Assembly (NCBI GenBank): GCA_013239625.1
Contig: MU055600.1
Span: 12,375,010-12,439,009, forward strand
Length of the DNA stretch: 64,000 nt
Source: Lama guanicoe
Lineage: Eukaryota
Direction of reading: 5' to 3'
In this document: piece by piece, positions 13,501 to 24,570 of the stretch
How the letters are laid out: every line of letters begins with the position of its first letter
Position numbering within the stretch: the stretch's first letter is position 1
Notes under the pieces: model-generated
Databases searched by the model: none
The model's input: the letters and a program-made list of their open reading frames with translations, nothing else
What the model was told of the DNA's origin: nothing
Translations under genes and position numbers: made by a program

Positions 13501-16500
13501 TCAGACACTATAATCTGGGCTTGCTATCTACTCCAAGTTCTATCTGGGAGGCAGACAGGTCTCCAACACCTTTTGAGCTTGAAAACAATTCCAAAATTAC
13601 AGCTTTAAAAAAGTCTCAGGAGGAAGGGCAGACTCAGGAGACAGATGGTGTCAGAGCCAGAAACCAGGAGCACAAAGCCAGAATGCAGAGAACACAGGTG
13701 TTAAGTAGTAAGAGATTAAGCGTTCTGTCAAAAGACACAAAAAACTCAATCTGCTCTTCAAGGTAACAGCTTTCCTTCAATAAGAGAAGAGCTACTCCCA
13801 AGTCTTTATCAAAGAAGACTTCAGGCCAGAGTACTAAACCTGTCAGGATGGTACATGTCAGCATATTGTGCTGGCTGGAATAAAGAAAGCAGTTAACACT
13901 ATTATAGTCCAGTTACTCCCAGAATCAGCAGCTACATGCAACCATGACCCATTTTTAGCACACAAATCAATCTTTAGACCTGTCCTCTGGGGATTCTCCA
14001 ATTATCTCAAAGAAAGCCACGACAAAATGTCTTAAATATTAAAACAGAGTGTTAACTCACTATAATCTGAAAGGGTACTCCAGCCACGCAGGAATACTGA
14101 AAAGTGAAGTAGAATTCAAAGGCTATCCACGCCTAAGAGTTCTTCAGCACCACTGAAAGCAACGCTCAACTCTATTTAGTTGAACATTAGGAATGTTCCT
14201 GCTACATCTGTTATTTTAAAACATTCACATTATATTAAGAAGGCAAAGTAATTCCTAACAGGAGTCTTCTTAAATCCCTGTAACAAAACTCTGAAAATTA
14301 TGTCTAGAATGTAAATGCAACACTCTCAAATTTGGAAACTGACTTTTTACGGAAAGTCAGATAACTTTCCTATGAAAATATGAAATATTTACACTTTCAG
14401 TTCAATGTTTTCAGTCAATTTACTATACTTGAGAAATGCCTTGTTTCGAGGGTCCTATCTTGAACACAAAAACTTTCAGCATTTGCAATCTGTGCTTACA
14501 GACGATGACAAGCTTGCATAAGCAGGTGTAACTAAAATCAGGCTGCAACAATTGCAGGAAAGAAAACAAAATGCATTTCCAAAGCTGCAATGTGTGGGGG
14601 CAGAGGCGAGGTGGTCAGCAGAATCCAAACACTGAAAGGGTGCAATTGGTGCTTTAGTTTTAATTCAAAGAGAAGCAAAAATTCTTATATAACTTCCTCC
14701 ACTCCAATCTCTAGCCCAACCCCCTTCCAACCTACCCCTCCCCTACCCCCAGGTTTTCTGGCAAGTTCTCCCCAAAGTCAGTACAGCTTAGATACTGCCT
14801 AGGAAAAGCAGATTTGTAGAACAGGATGGGATTAGCACAGCTCTTCCGTATGAGAGAAAATAATTTGCTGTTTGATCCAGTGATTCTTTTACTGCCTCTA
14901 CCACTAGCTACTGAAGCAACAGCCTAAACACTAATATCTGGGTTCAGTATGCATTCCTATCTCAATCTTCAACCCAGAAGTACTACCCACTAATGAGTTT
15001 GGAATTTGTCCTTTAAGCAAACACATATCAACGTTAGAGAACAGTCATTCAGCTGAAAACAATGAATGAGAAACTTTGCATAGATACTACCTAGTACACG
15101 AACACTAAAATACCAGCAGAGAGCTTCTTTAGTCATCTCACCCTTCCCCTCCATCTCCAATTCACAAACATCGAACTCATAGCTTAGTGCCTGGCCTGTA
15201 AACGTAGTTAAAGAAGCAGCCGGGGACAGGTAACATTTCAGTTTCCATCTTTCCAAAAACTTCTCAGACAACAGGTTAAAAAAAAAAAAAACTCCACTGG
15301 TTTGTATTTGAGTCTGCATTCTCACTAAAAAATCTCTTTGGTAAAGTCTCTGAATATGCTCTTTACTGCTTTATATCCTTTGGGGATAAGATACAGAAAT
15401 AAAGGTACCTATCACTTTACATCTGCTAGTGTGGCTGTGTACACTGATAGAATTCTGAGTTTTGCCCAGAATGAAACCCCAACCCCTCATTCATGATGCA
15501 GGGCTCTTTTATGCCCCGGGAGCTTACTCCAGATTTTACCATGTATTCCTAAAACCCGTATTTATTCTTCCTGGAAATCTAAGAGACAAAATTATGGGAA
15601 TTTTAGGCTAAGCCAAGATGGCGGAGTAGAGAGACTCACAGCTTACCCTCCCCCACAAACACACCAAGAATTACATATACAAACCCACTGAATCACACAG
15701 AAAACCTACTGAACTCTGGTAGTGTCTCTCATTTCAAAATACAGGATTCTCACAAAATCCGATAAACAAGTTTATACTGTTTATACTGTTATATCATCAT
15801 GCTATAGCACAGGGAACTATATTCGATATCTTGTAGTAACTTATGGTTTAAAAAGAATATGATAATGAATATATGTATGTTACTATATGACTGAAATATT
15901 GTGCTGTACACCAGAAATTGATAGAACACTGTAAACTGTACTTCAATATAAATATATATAAATAAATTATGAGAATTTTAGTTAAAAGAGAAAAAATGAG
16001 GTTTAATAAGCCCTGTTCTACTTTTACAGGTCTTATAACAATTATATAATTTCAAATTATACAATTTCAAATTTGCCTTGTTTCAGAAGAAAAATGTTGC
16101 TGAAATTTAACTGTCCTGAAAGAGGAAAGTCTTTTGTGCAGAGGATTGGGAGGGTCACCCCCACAGTGGGAGGAGCCTGACTTCTCCAGACCTCTGGCTC
16201 TCTCAGGGTCAGCTAACTGCTCTGACACACATCATGGAATGATAGACACAGCACATTCCTCCTGACATCAACACTGCTGCACTAATGCTCAGAAGACCCA
16301 CACTGACTTCCACAGCAACCTCCAATTCCCTCCAATGCAGCTGAGGCTCAATTTGCCTATAAATGTGACCAGCCCATAGATCATCGCATTTTCTATACAA
16401 TTCACATCACCATTAACCCTCTGACCCCCCCGACATACCAGAATACCATATCACAGGTTGAGCTATGGCACCAGAAAGACCTAGGTTCACACACCAGTTT

Positions 16501-18983
16501 TATCACTTAATAGCCTTGTGACTTGATTTCTAAGCCCCTTTCATCATCTGCAAAATAGGGGGAAAACCAGAAAGGGATGTTTTAAGACAGAGATCCCAAA
16601 CTAGCCCTCAGGTTAAATCCAATCTCTAGAGACATGTTACTTTGATCCACGTAGTGTTTATAATTTGTTAATTGCTACATTAAAAAAAAAGAGATTGGCT
16701 TTACTAGAAGAGAAGACAAAGATCAATTAACTCAGGGCCTATGCATCAGCTCTCTAACCTGCCTGCTGTAGAGGCTAGCATAGCTCTCCCCATCCTCACA
16801 GGGAGCCTGCGCCAGAGAGATGTCTGTTAAGACAACACTGGGGAGGGAGAAAAGCAAGTGTTTCTACATTACAGACTGAGTTACATAGAGGCTAGTCAAC
16901 TCCCAAATCCTAGCGCTATAAACTGAGCACGTACTGCCAGGTCAATCCTCAAGTTTAAATTACATCACTGTGACAAACGCCAAACTCTACAGCAACGTGC
17001 TCTGTAAATACAGTTCAGCTCGAAGCATGCTCGGTGAGGATGCTCCAAGACCAGTGGTCAGCCCTAACCCTCCTGTCCTGAGGGGCTCCCGACAGCCCAG
17101 ACTCCATGGAGCTCCAGATGCAGCACTTCCTTCCACTCCTCTACCTACGATAAAAACCAACCCGCCAGGAAAACCACCAGCAGCCTGAGGTTTCCAAGGT
17201 TTCCTTCTGCCTGTTTGCATTTATTTTTGTTTTTAACCCAGCACGTGTCCCTGGGCTCAAACACAACCAGAACCTAAGGGTGCAAACTATCCTCAAGAGA
17301 CACACACTTCCAGCTGGCACATGTCAGCTCTGTCACCTGAGGGGCACACGGGAGGCAAGAGGGCCACCTGTGACTTCCAGAGAACCAGCTCCGACCCATT
17401 GGCCCCTCTCGCCCTGCAAATGACGCAGACCAGCGGTTTGCTCAGGTGCTGGAGAAAGCGAGGCGGCAGATCGGTAGCCACGGAGACCAAAGGAGGCAGC
17501 TGCCAGCGAAATGCAGCGCTAAGCAGAGCCGAGGCCTCGGGGCGGGGTGGGGGAGGGGGGCCATGGCCAGCAACCCCGCCTCTGAGAGCTCTCCTGGAGT
17601 GCAACCTGGAGCAGGGCACCATGCCGAGGGGCAAGGCCTGCAAGGCACAAAGTGCCACCAAAAAATAACCCGTGCACACGAGGATGTGCTCCAGAGCCCA
17701 GGTGTCCACCTGGTCTTTCTCGGTCTCTTGGGCGGCGCTAGGCCACTTACAAAGAGCCGGGCCTTGCCTGGGCCCTCTGGGAACCACGCAAGAAAGTCAG
17801 GGTCGACCTGACAGTAGAGAACACCCACGCAGGGAAAAAGCCGGGGGAATGACGCCAAGTGGGACAACCAAAGGTGAGTGACCTTTTCCTGGTCTGAGAC
17901 CCCTGTTCCCCCCGGGGCTCGGGGCAGGCACAAGCCTAAGAAGCAACCAGGCTGTTTCCCAAGCCACTGCTCCACCAAACCTGAGACCAGAGCTGACCAG
18001 GCACCCAACCCCTCACCGACGTCTGGGTACCTGGTCCAGCCCTGGACTGAGGAGAGAATGACAAAGCCATGACCACACGCACGCTTCTCCACTGGCCAGG
18101 CAGCCCGCGGGGGAGAAAACAGAGGCTGGTGCGGCCTAGCTCAGCTCCACGCTTGAGGAATCTCCGCGGCATGCATGACCCCCACCCATGGCCGCAGGAC
18201 CCACCTCTGAGCCTCAAGGCTCCCCAGAGCGAGGCCACGTTGCACGTGCGAGCCACCCACTCGCGCTCAACCCTACCTAGCCAAGCCCGCCCCCAGAATT
18301 CCAGCTCCTGCGCCAATCGAACGTGTGAAGCCACGTGACCTCCTGGGCCAAGGAAGTGCGTGCCGACTGCACGAGGGGCCTGATCCCTCCGCCTTAAAGG
18401 AGCCGCGCCCGCTGCCGTCGTGGCAATCTCAGGTGTCCGGAGGCCCAACGCGGGGGTCTCTGCCACCAGCAGCCCCGCCCCACCCAGGCCGCCCGTCCCC
18501 ACCGCCCACTGGGTACGAACGCGACTCGTGGGGGACGCTGCGAGGCGCGTGAGCTCCCAGCGCCGGTGGCTTCGGGTCTCACATGCGACGGCTGCGGGAG
18601 AAGGAAGTGTTCTGGACGCGGGTGCGCCCTTCCGTCCGGTCAGCTCCCGTCTAGACATACACTCGAGGGCACCGGGAGTCTGCAGCGCCACTCGGAGGCC
18701 CCACCGGCCGCCCCCGGAGGGCCGCGGCGCCTTTAAGCCCAAAGGCCCTGAGTCACGAGGAGTCTCCCTACCCCCCCTCGCCACACACCCCTCCACGAGG
18801 CCCCACGCCCGCGGGCACGTGACCCGCGCCCCGCCCGGGACTCGCGCACACGGGGGGCGGGGGAGGGTACCGCGGAGCCGGCCGAGGCTGCGCGCGGACC
18901 GTTAGCAGTCTCGCTCGGGACCGCGGCCCCGCCCAGCCCCGCCCTGGCGGGCGGCAGGCAACTCTTACCAGCGGGAGCGCCAT
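4348..18983 (-). CDS. CPEB1: Cytoplasmic polyadenylation element-binding protein 1, 5' part (coding exons 1-2; gene continues past the window start)
   Basis: Spliced exons read MALPL|[58 protein letters not shown], the CPEB1 N-terminus; synteny with AP3B2. Confidence 0.95.
4845..5215 (+). mobile_element. Old L1 3' UTR fragment
   Basis: AAGTGAAAGAAGCCAGTCA...TTTCTTTTTGAGATGATGAAAATATTCT...TATATCTCAATA. Confidence 0.8.
6905..7053 (+). mobile_element. tRNA-derived SINE, camelid Vic-1-like
   Basis: Pol III A box (TAGCTCAAGTGG) and B box (GGTTCAATCC), A-rich tail, imperfect 15-bp TSD at 6890-6904 and 7054-7068. Confidence 0.8.
7200..7250. repeat. 21-bp AT-rich tandem duplication (AAAAGTAAAAATATAATTT..)
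   Basis: Seen directly. Confidence 0.8.
8704..9210. mobile_element. ERVL-type LTR, MER21-like
   Basis: TGTGTTAGGGGTCCCCAAGACCACCCC...GATTCACTAGGA..ACTCA start resembles the recalled MER21 consensus. Confidence 0.7.
9240..9645 (+). mobile_element. Old L1 3' UTR fragment
   Basis: GGAAATGTTCTGTATCTTGAT...TATGTTATTCCTCAATT. Confidence 0.7.
9746..11408. mobile_element. hAT-Charlie1-type DNA transposon, interrupted by MER2
   Basis: Terminal inverted ends CAGGGGTTCTCAAA ... TTTGAGAACCAC; AT-rich Charlie-like interior. Confidence 0.7.
10625..10940. mobile_element. MER2-like (TcMar-Tigger) element nested in Charlie
   Basis: GTATCCCCAGGTTCC..ATCTGCAGATTCAA..AACCAC ... AACCAATCCCCCATGGATACTGAGGG. 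Confidence 0.75.
15606..15963 (+). mobile_element. Short L1-derived element: L1 5' end joined to L1 3' end
   Basis: CAAGATGGCGGAG L1/YY1-type start; TATAGCACAGGGAACTATATTC...TACTTCAATA L1 3' end; 17-bp TSD at 15589-15605 and 15964-15980. Confidence 0.75.
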
Positions 18984-19950
18984 GGGGCTGGCGTGGCCCT
19001 GCGGGAAGGACGGACCGGCCGGCGGGCGGCTGGCCGGCACGGCGAGGGACGCGCAGACACGTGGGCACTATTTTTGCAGCGAGCCGCGCACAGCGCCGCA
19101 CTCTGGACGGCTTATAAAGCCCCGCGGAGCCGCCCCCCGGCCGGATGCGAGGCACCTGTGTCGGCCCCGCCCGGGGCCCCGCCCCTTCCAGCGTGCTGCG
19201 CTGAGGGCTCAGTCGCCCACCCGGAGCCAGGCGCCTGGACCCGGGAGGGCTCGGCCGCCGCGGAGGCTGCTGGCCACAGCTGTACCCTTGAGAGGCCAAG
19301 GGCCCAAGTTAAGCACGCCACTCACCTAGTTACCCTGGTCAAGGCACTCACCTCCTCTGAGCCTCAGTTTACCCCTTATGAAATAGGACGCGATTTACAA
19401 GCCTCTGCGACGGGGCGGCAATATGCTTTGTCAGTAAAGCCCTCTTTACAGTGTCCACGCTCCGTTCCTTCCAAGGACCTCTCCCGGCGAAAGCCAACCC
19501 TACGTACCCCGGTCCGAGCCTTCGCTCCTTGGGCTCCAGGAGGCGCGCTCACTCTAGACTGGCTGCTCCGTGTGTTGGAACTGGTCGGGGGCGGGGGCCG
19601 GTGCGCCGGCGTCCGGGGATCCCGGAAAGTTCCAAAAACACCAGGGGGCCTCTTTGTACCGCAGTTCCCTGGGGAAACCGCTTCCGACGTTCTTGCCGGA
19701 CTGCGACAGGAAACTTCTCCGAATGGGGAGAAGAGACAGGGCGGGGGTCCCGGGGTGAGAGACACCGTGGGTCGGGCTGTCGTCGGGAAAGGCGTCCTGG
19801 GGTAGCCGGGGCGGGGCGGACCGGAAGCTCCAGGCAAGCGCAGAGGCGGAGATGGCGTGCCAGGAGGGGGAGAGCAAGCAAAGGCTGGGAAGGAGGACTG
19901 AACAGAACGGCTCCATCTGACCCGGGCGCAGTATAATGCGAGGGAAGCCT
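17300..19950. promoter_or_regulatory. CPEB1 CpG island (probably a bidirectional promoter)
   Basis: Dense CpG, GC boxes, TATA-like TTTATAA at ~19112-19118, several CACGTG E-boxes. Confidence 0.9.
18969..18983 (-). CDS. CPEB1: CPEB1 coding exon 1 (15 nt, MALPL)
   Basis: CCCCATGGCGCTCCCGCTG|GTAAGAG, strong donor, inside the CpG island; phase 0 fits exon 2. Confidence 0.85.
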
Positions 19951-21289
19951 GGGCCCAGTTTGTGAAGGGCCATTATTTTACAGACAGCGGGGAACTATTA
20001 AGAATTGTAAACAGAAGAATGGCAGTATCAGATCTCTTTTAAGATTTTACTGGAAATGTAGCAAAGGTTGGACAGAAAAGGGGAGAAACGAGGGAGTGGG
20101 GAGGAAAGGGACCAGCGTTTGTTGAGCATTACTAAGTGTTGAACTTGTGTTACCTCATCATTGTAATACAATTTTATAAAGCATTTACTATGCTTAAGGC
20201 TCCTCCTGGCAGTTGGGAAGAAGCAACTGCTGCCTTCCTGGCAGGCTGCTGAGGCTGGCCTGGATCTGATGCTAAGGGGAGGGCGGCAGATACCTGTAGT
20301 TTTCTGTCTAGGGCAATGGAAGGAGAGGAAGTCAAGGTCTAGTCTACTGTTGCAGGAGAATTAATGGGAGAAGGTGAGGGTAAGAACCAGTGCTGGAGTA
20401 GAAGTCCACAGGAGGACTCAGAGTGACAGTGAGAGTTGGCCGGTCTCGATCCATAGAATATCCCCATGTGGGAGCTTCTTGGGTTGCTGAGATCATGAGC
20501 AGAGAGGGTGTTGGCTGCTAGGGCAGGACAAGAGGGGGCCCTGGCATACCCCCTAGCTATAAACTGCTCTACCCTCTCTCTCCTTCAGACTTGCTGCTTA
20601 GCCATTTGCCCTCCCTCCTCAAAATGGCCCATTCCAGCTACCCAGGAATCCACACCTTCTGGTTTAGCTTCACTGGAACCCTCCCACACCAGGACCTACC
20701 TGGGGCTCTTCCTTCTCTCAAAGCAGCCCATCCACAAGTCTCACCCTGGCCCACAAACAGCAAAGGACAGCTCATGCAAAGTGGTGTATCTTGCTTGTCC
20801 TGTCAAGGGGTGCCACACCCAAATACCTACAGCCCAGGAGCCAAGTGAGGATAGGTGAGAGTACCAAGAAGGCCCAAGGCACATCTAAAAAGGCAACCAG
20901 CTTATGGATACCATGCAGGTCCCAGCCCAGCCAGATCTTTCAAGACAAGCTGTAAATGCAGTTTTGTTTTGTTTTTTAATGTGAAATCTAATTTTAAATG
21001 TGGTCACTAACTGAAATTTAAAGAGCCACGGCTAGCATGTCCAGGGGCCTCATGCAGCTCATTGGCTGCTAACTTGTGATCCTTTCCATTTCTTCCTTGT
21101 CCCTGACCCAAACCTGAGTAAGATAAGAACCTGAAACCTGGAATTGTGCCCAGGGGAACAGGCATCTGGGAGCTCTTTCATATTTTAAAACTCCCAGCCA
21201 TAGGAAAATGAAAGTATCTTTCAGGTGACTTGGAACAGAAATTTCTGCTGCATAAAATTCCTCTTTCTGAACTCTGTGTTGCAGGTAAT

Positions 21290-21490
21290 AATAACAGCTG
21301 ACTTTCACTGAGCACTTACTGTGTGCTTGGCACAGTTCTAAGTGTTTTACCTGGGTTAACCCATTTGCAGATGAAGAAACTGAAGCTCAAAGAAGTCAAG
21401 GAACTAGCTCAACGACTCCCAGCTAGAAGTGGAGTGGAGACTCAAACCTAGGCAGTCTTCTAACTTCAGAGCCTGAAGCCTTAACCAGAT
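21290..21490 (-). mobile_element. MIR SINE
   Basis: CCCATTTGCAGATGAAGAAACTGAAGCTCAAAGAAGTCAAG core. Confidence 0.8.
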
Positions 21491-22189
21491 AAGAACAAAA
21501 CATCCAGCACCCTATGTGTACACTACCTGCTGACGGACCCAGAGTTCACTGTAAGCAATGAAGGAAGGGGTGGCTGAATCCACAGACGGGCATGTATTTG
21601 GTGAATCCTTGCTCCCTGCCTGATGTGGCCAGGGCTGCAGGTTCTACAGGAAGAACAGTGCCCCTAACCAGAAGTGCTCCACGATCCACAGGGCAGGGTG
21701 TGGAAAGTGGCAGAGGTGGAGATGTTAAATGACTTGGTCAAGTCCCCACAGCTGGTCACTGGCAGAAGTAACAGGAACAAACAGGCAGCATTATCCATTC
21801 TCCCAGTCAACAAACAGCCTTTGAGCCCAGCTATGCCTGGCACCATCTCTGCAGTCAAGCCCCAGATTTAGAATACAGGTTTTAAGTGTAACCGTAATTG
21901 GCTGGACTTTTAAATGCATGCACTGGAGAGACAGGAGTGACCCTGTAGTCTTTTATATGCTCAGGTGTTCAGTGCCTCCACAGCAGGCAGAGAGCTAAAA
22001 GAAGAAAAGAGACTGCAGGGAGAAAATAATTTTCCTGGTTGAAAAAGATCAGAAGAGGAATTCATTTAGGAACTCAAGACCACAAGGTAAAGTGAGCACA
22101 TGGTGTCTACTCAACTTCTGCCAGGCTCTGTGCAGAAGAAACCATGTTCTTTGTTTTTTGGGTTTTTTTTGTGCCCTTTTAAGTGGGAC

Positions 22190-23820
22190 AAAAGAAAGTG
22201 AATCAGCCCTACCTTTCATCATCCACAAATGTAAATTTTAAATGGGTTAAAATAGAAATATGTAAAGTATTACTTGAAAAATTTTTAAAAGAAAATATTA
22301 GAATATTTTTATTACCGCAGCATGAGGACAAATTTTGTAAATATGGGACAAAAAAGCACAGGATATAAAGGGACATTGACTATATCATAACTTAACACCT
22401 TGGTTTATCAAAAGATATTTAAAACTTGAAAAAACAAGCCATAGATTGGAAGAAAGCATTTGCAATACTTGATCTATAAACGACTAGTTTCAGAATATAT
22501 AAGAACTTCTAGAATGAGACAAATAGAAAAATGGGCAAAGATGGGGACAGGCAGTTGACAGGAGTGAAAACCCAAATGTCCAATGTTTGTTTGTATCACC
22601 AGATGCCTACCCTCACCAATAACCAGGGAGATGCAAATGAAGCAGTGGGATACCATTTCACACCTCCCAGACAGACAAAGTGAACAAGGCTCACTATCCC
22701 AACAGCAGGCTCACCGCCAGGAAGGGTGTAAACTGGTTCAACCACTTTGTGACTTTTGTTTTCTGCATGTTTTGAATTAAGAGATAAACCACATACAGAG
22801 AGTGAACAGAACGTATAAGCTTAGGTGTACAGCTTGATGATTTTTTTACCTGCATAACCACCACCCATCAAGGCATAGAATCCTTCCAGAACCCCACAGG
22901 GTTTCATCACAAGCTCTTCCTAGTTTACCCCTCCTCCTTGAAGTAACTAATATCTTACTACTTTCCTCACAGATTCATTCTGTTTTAAGCATTCACATAA
23001 GCTTTTGGCCTTTTTCATTCAACACAGCACCTGTGAGATTCATCCATGTTGTTGCAGGTAGCAGTAGTTCAGTCCTTTTTATTGCTAAGTAGTATTCTGT
23101 TATATGGGTATACCATAATTTGTTTCTCCATTCTCCTGTTGATTGGCAATTTGAACCAGAGGATTATGAATGAAAGTGCAGTGAACGTTCTTGATATGAA
23201 GTCCAGCTACTCTGGTGAGCAATTTGGCAATGTTGTTAAGTTGCAGGTGAGTATACTCTAAGACCCAGCAATCCCGCTCGCAGGGAAACACTTTAGAGGA
23301 ACTTTCCCACGTGTTAAAATGGGCAGGAGTAAAAATGCCAGTAGCTGTGTGATTCAAAATTGCAAAAATAAAATATAAAATACCTTACATCCCCATCAAC
23401 AGGAGAGTCGATTGACAAATTGTGGTCTAGTCATACAATGGAATACTGTATATAAGCAAAAGTAAATGAAATAAAGCTAATCATATCAACATGGATGACT
23501 CAAACAACATTGAGTGAAAAACTCAGGACATAGGAGAATACATATTCTACAACGCCATTTGCATAAAATCTGAATATATGCAGTACGTTACCGTCACGAA
23601 GTACAATACGATAGATTGTTTAGGAACACATGTATGTAGTAAAAGTACAAAAACATGCATGGCACTGATAAGCAGAAAATGCAGAATAGTCATTTACTTC
23701 AGGTGGGGAGAGACGAGCTCGTGAAACGAGGAGTTGATGAGTGCTTTAATTCATAAACCAGGTGGTCAGTACCCAAGCAGTAATTTTATTCTTTAAACTT
23801 AAAATGCAATTGTTTAAAGA
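22190..23820. mobile_element. Old L1 (L1M-type) 3' fragments in mixed orientation
   Basis: GACCCAGCAATCCC and CATACAATGGAATACT motifs on +; CATCCATGTTGTTGCA segment reversed. Confidence 0.75.
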
Positions 23821-23843
23821 GATTAAGAGATGGAGATAAGGGC

Positions 23844-24008
23844 AGGGGTGTGCTGGTAAATGTCTGGCAATTGGCTGCAGGGAGGGGAGTGATTTGTATT
23901 CATCTCTTTCTGTGGCATAAATACTCCTACCGTGGCCAATTTCAAACTACCAATTTGATGCCAGCCGGTGCTCATGAGCCGGTACGAGCCAGCTCCAGCA
24001 CACCACTG
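23844..24008. mobile_element. MER63-like hAT MITE
   Basis: TIRs CAGGGGTGTGCTGG ... CCAGCACACCACTG. Confidence 0.7.
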
Positions 24009-24109
24009 ACACTGAACGTGGGAGCAAACTGCTCTGAAGCTCAAGGCCAGTGGTCCAGGCTCCCTCTGAGGACTTTTCCAACACCCTGGGAGATGAGTCG
24101 AGGGCTGGA

Positions 24110-24570
24110 CTGTATTAATTTATGCTGTTAAGTCACCCCAAAACTAAGCAGGTTAAAACAACAAATATTTAGTATCTCACACAATTTCTGAGCATTGGGA
24201 ATCCAAGGCTGACTTAGCTGGGCCATTCTGGCTCAGGCTCTCCTGAGGGTGCAGTCAAGCTGTCAGGCAGAACGGCAGTCATCTGAAGCTTTGCCTGCAG
24301 CTGGAGGATCTGCTTCCAAGCTCAGCCTCAAGCTCACTCAGTTCCCTGTCACATGGACCTCTCCGGAGGGCTGTGGGCTTTCTCCAAAGCAAATGTGACC
24401 AGAGAGACAGGGATGGAGGTACAGTGACTATCAAAATCTCATCTCAGAAATGACACACTATCACTCTGCAACATCCTATTGTTTACACACACTAACCCTG
24501 ATAAAATGTAGGAGGGGGTGACACAAGGGTGCAAATGCCAGGAAGCAGGGATCACTGGATGTCGGCTTCC
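24110..24570 (-). mobile_element. MLT1 (MaLR) LTR
   Basis: CCCAAAACT..AAAACAACAAATATT..TATCTCACA, typical MLT1 reverse-strand end. Confidence 0.7.

Noticed and set aside
14143-14163. RE1-like TTCAGCACCACTGAAAGCAAC in CPEB1 intron 1
   Set aside because: Two mismatches in the GGACAG core of the right half; at best a weak half-site.
17293-19973. Many long overlapping ORFs (up to 286 aa) on both strands
   Set aside because: Expected in a GC-rich CpG island with few stop codons; Pro/Arg/Gly/Ala-rich with no recognisable domain. Only the 15-nt MALPL exon is supported.
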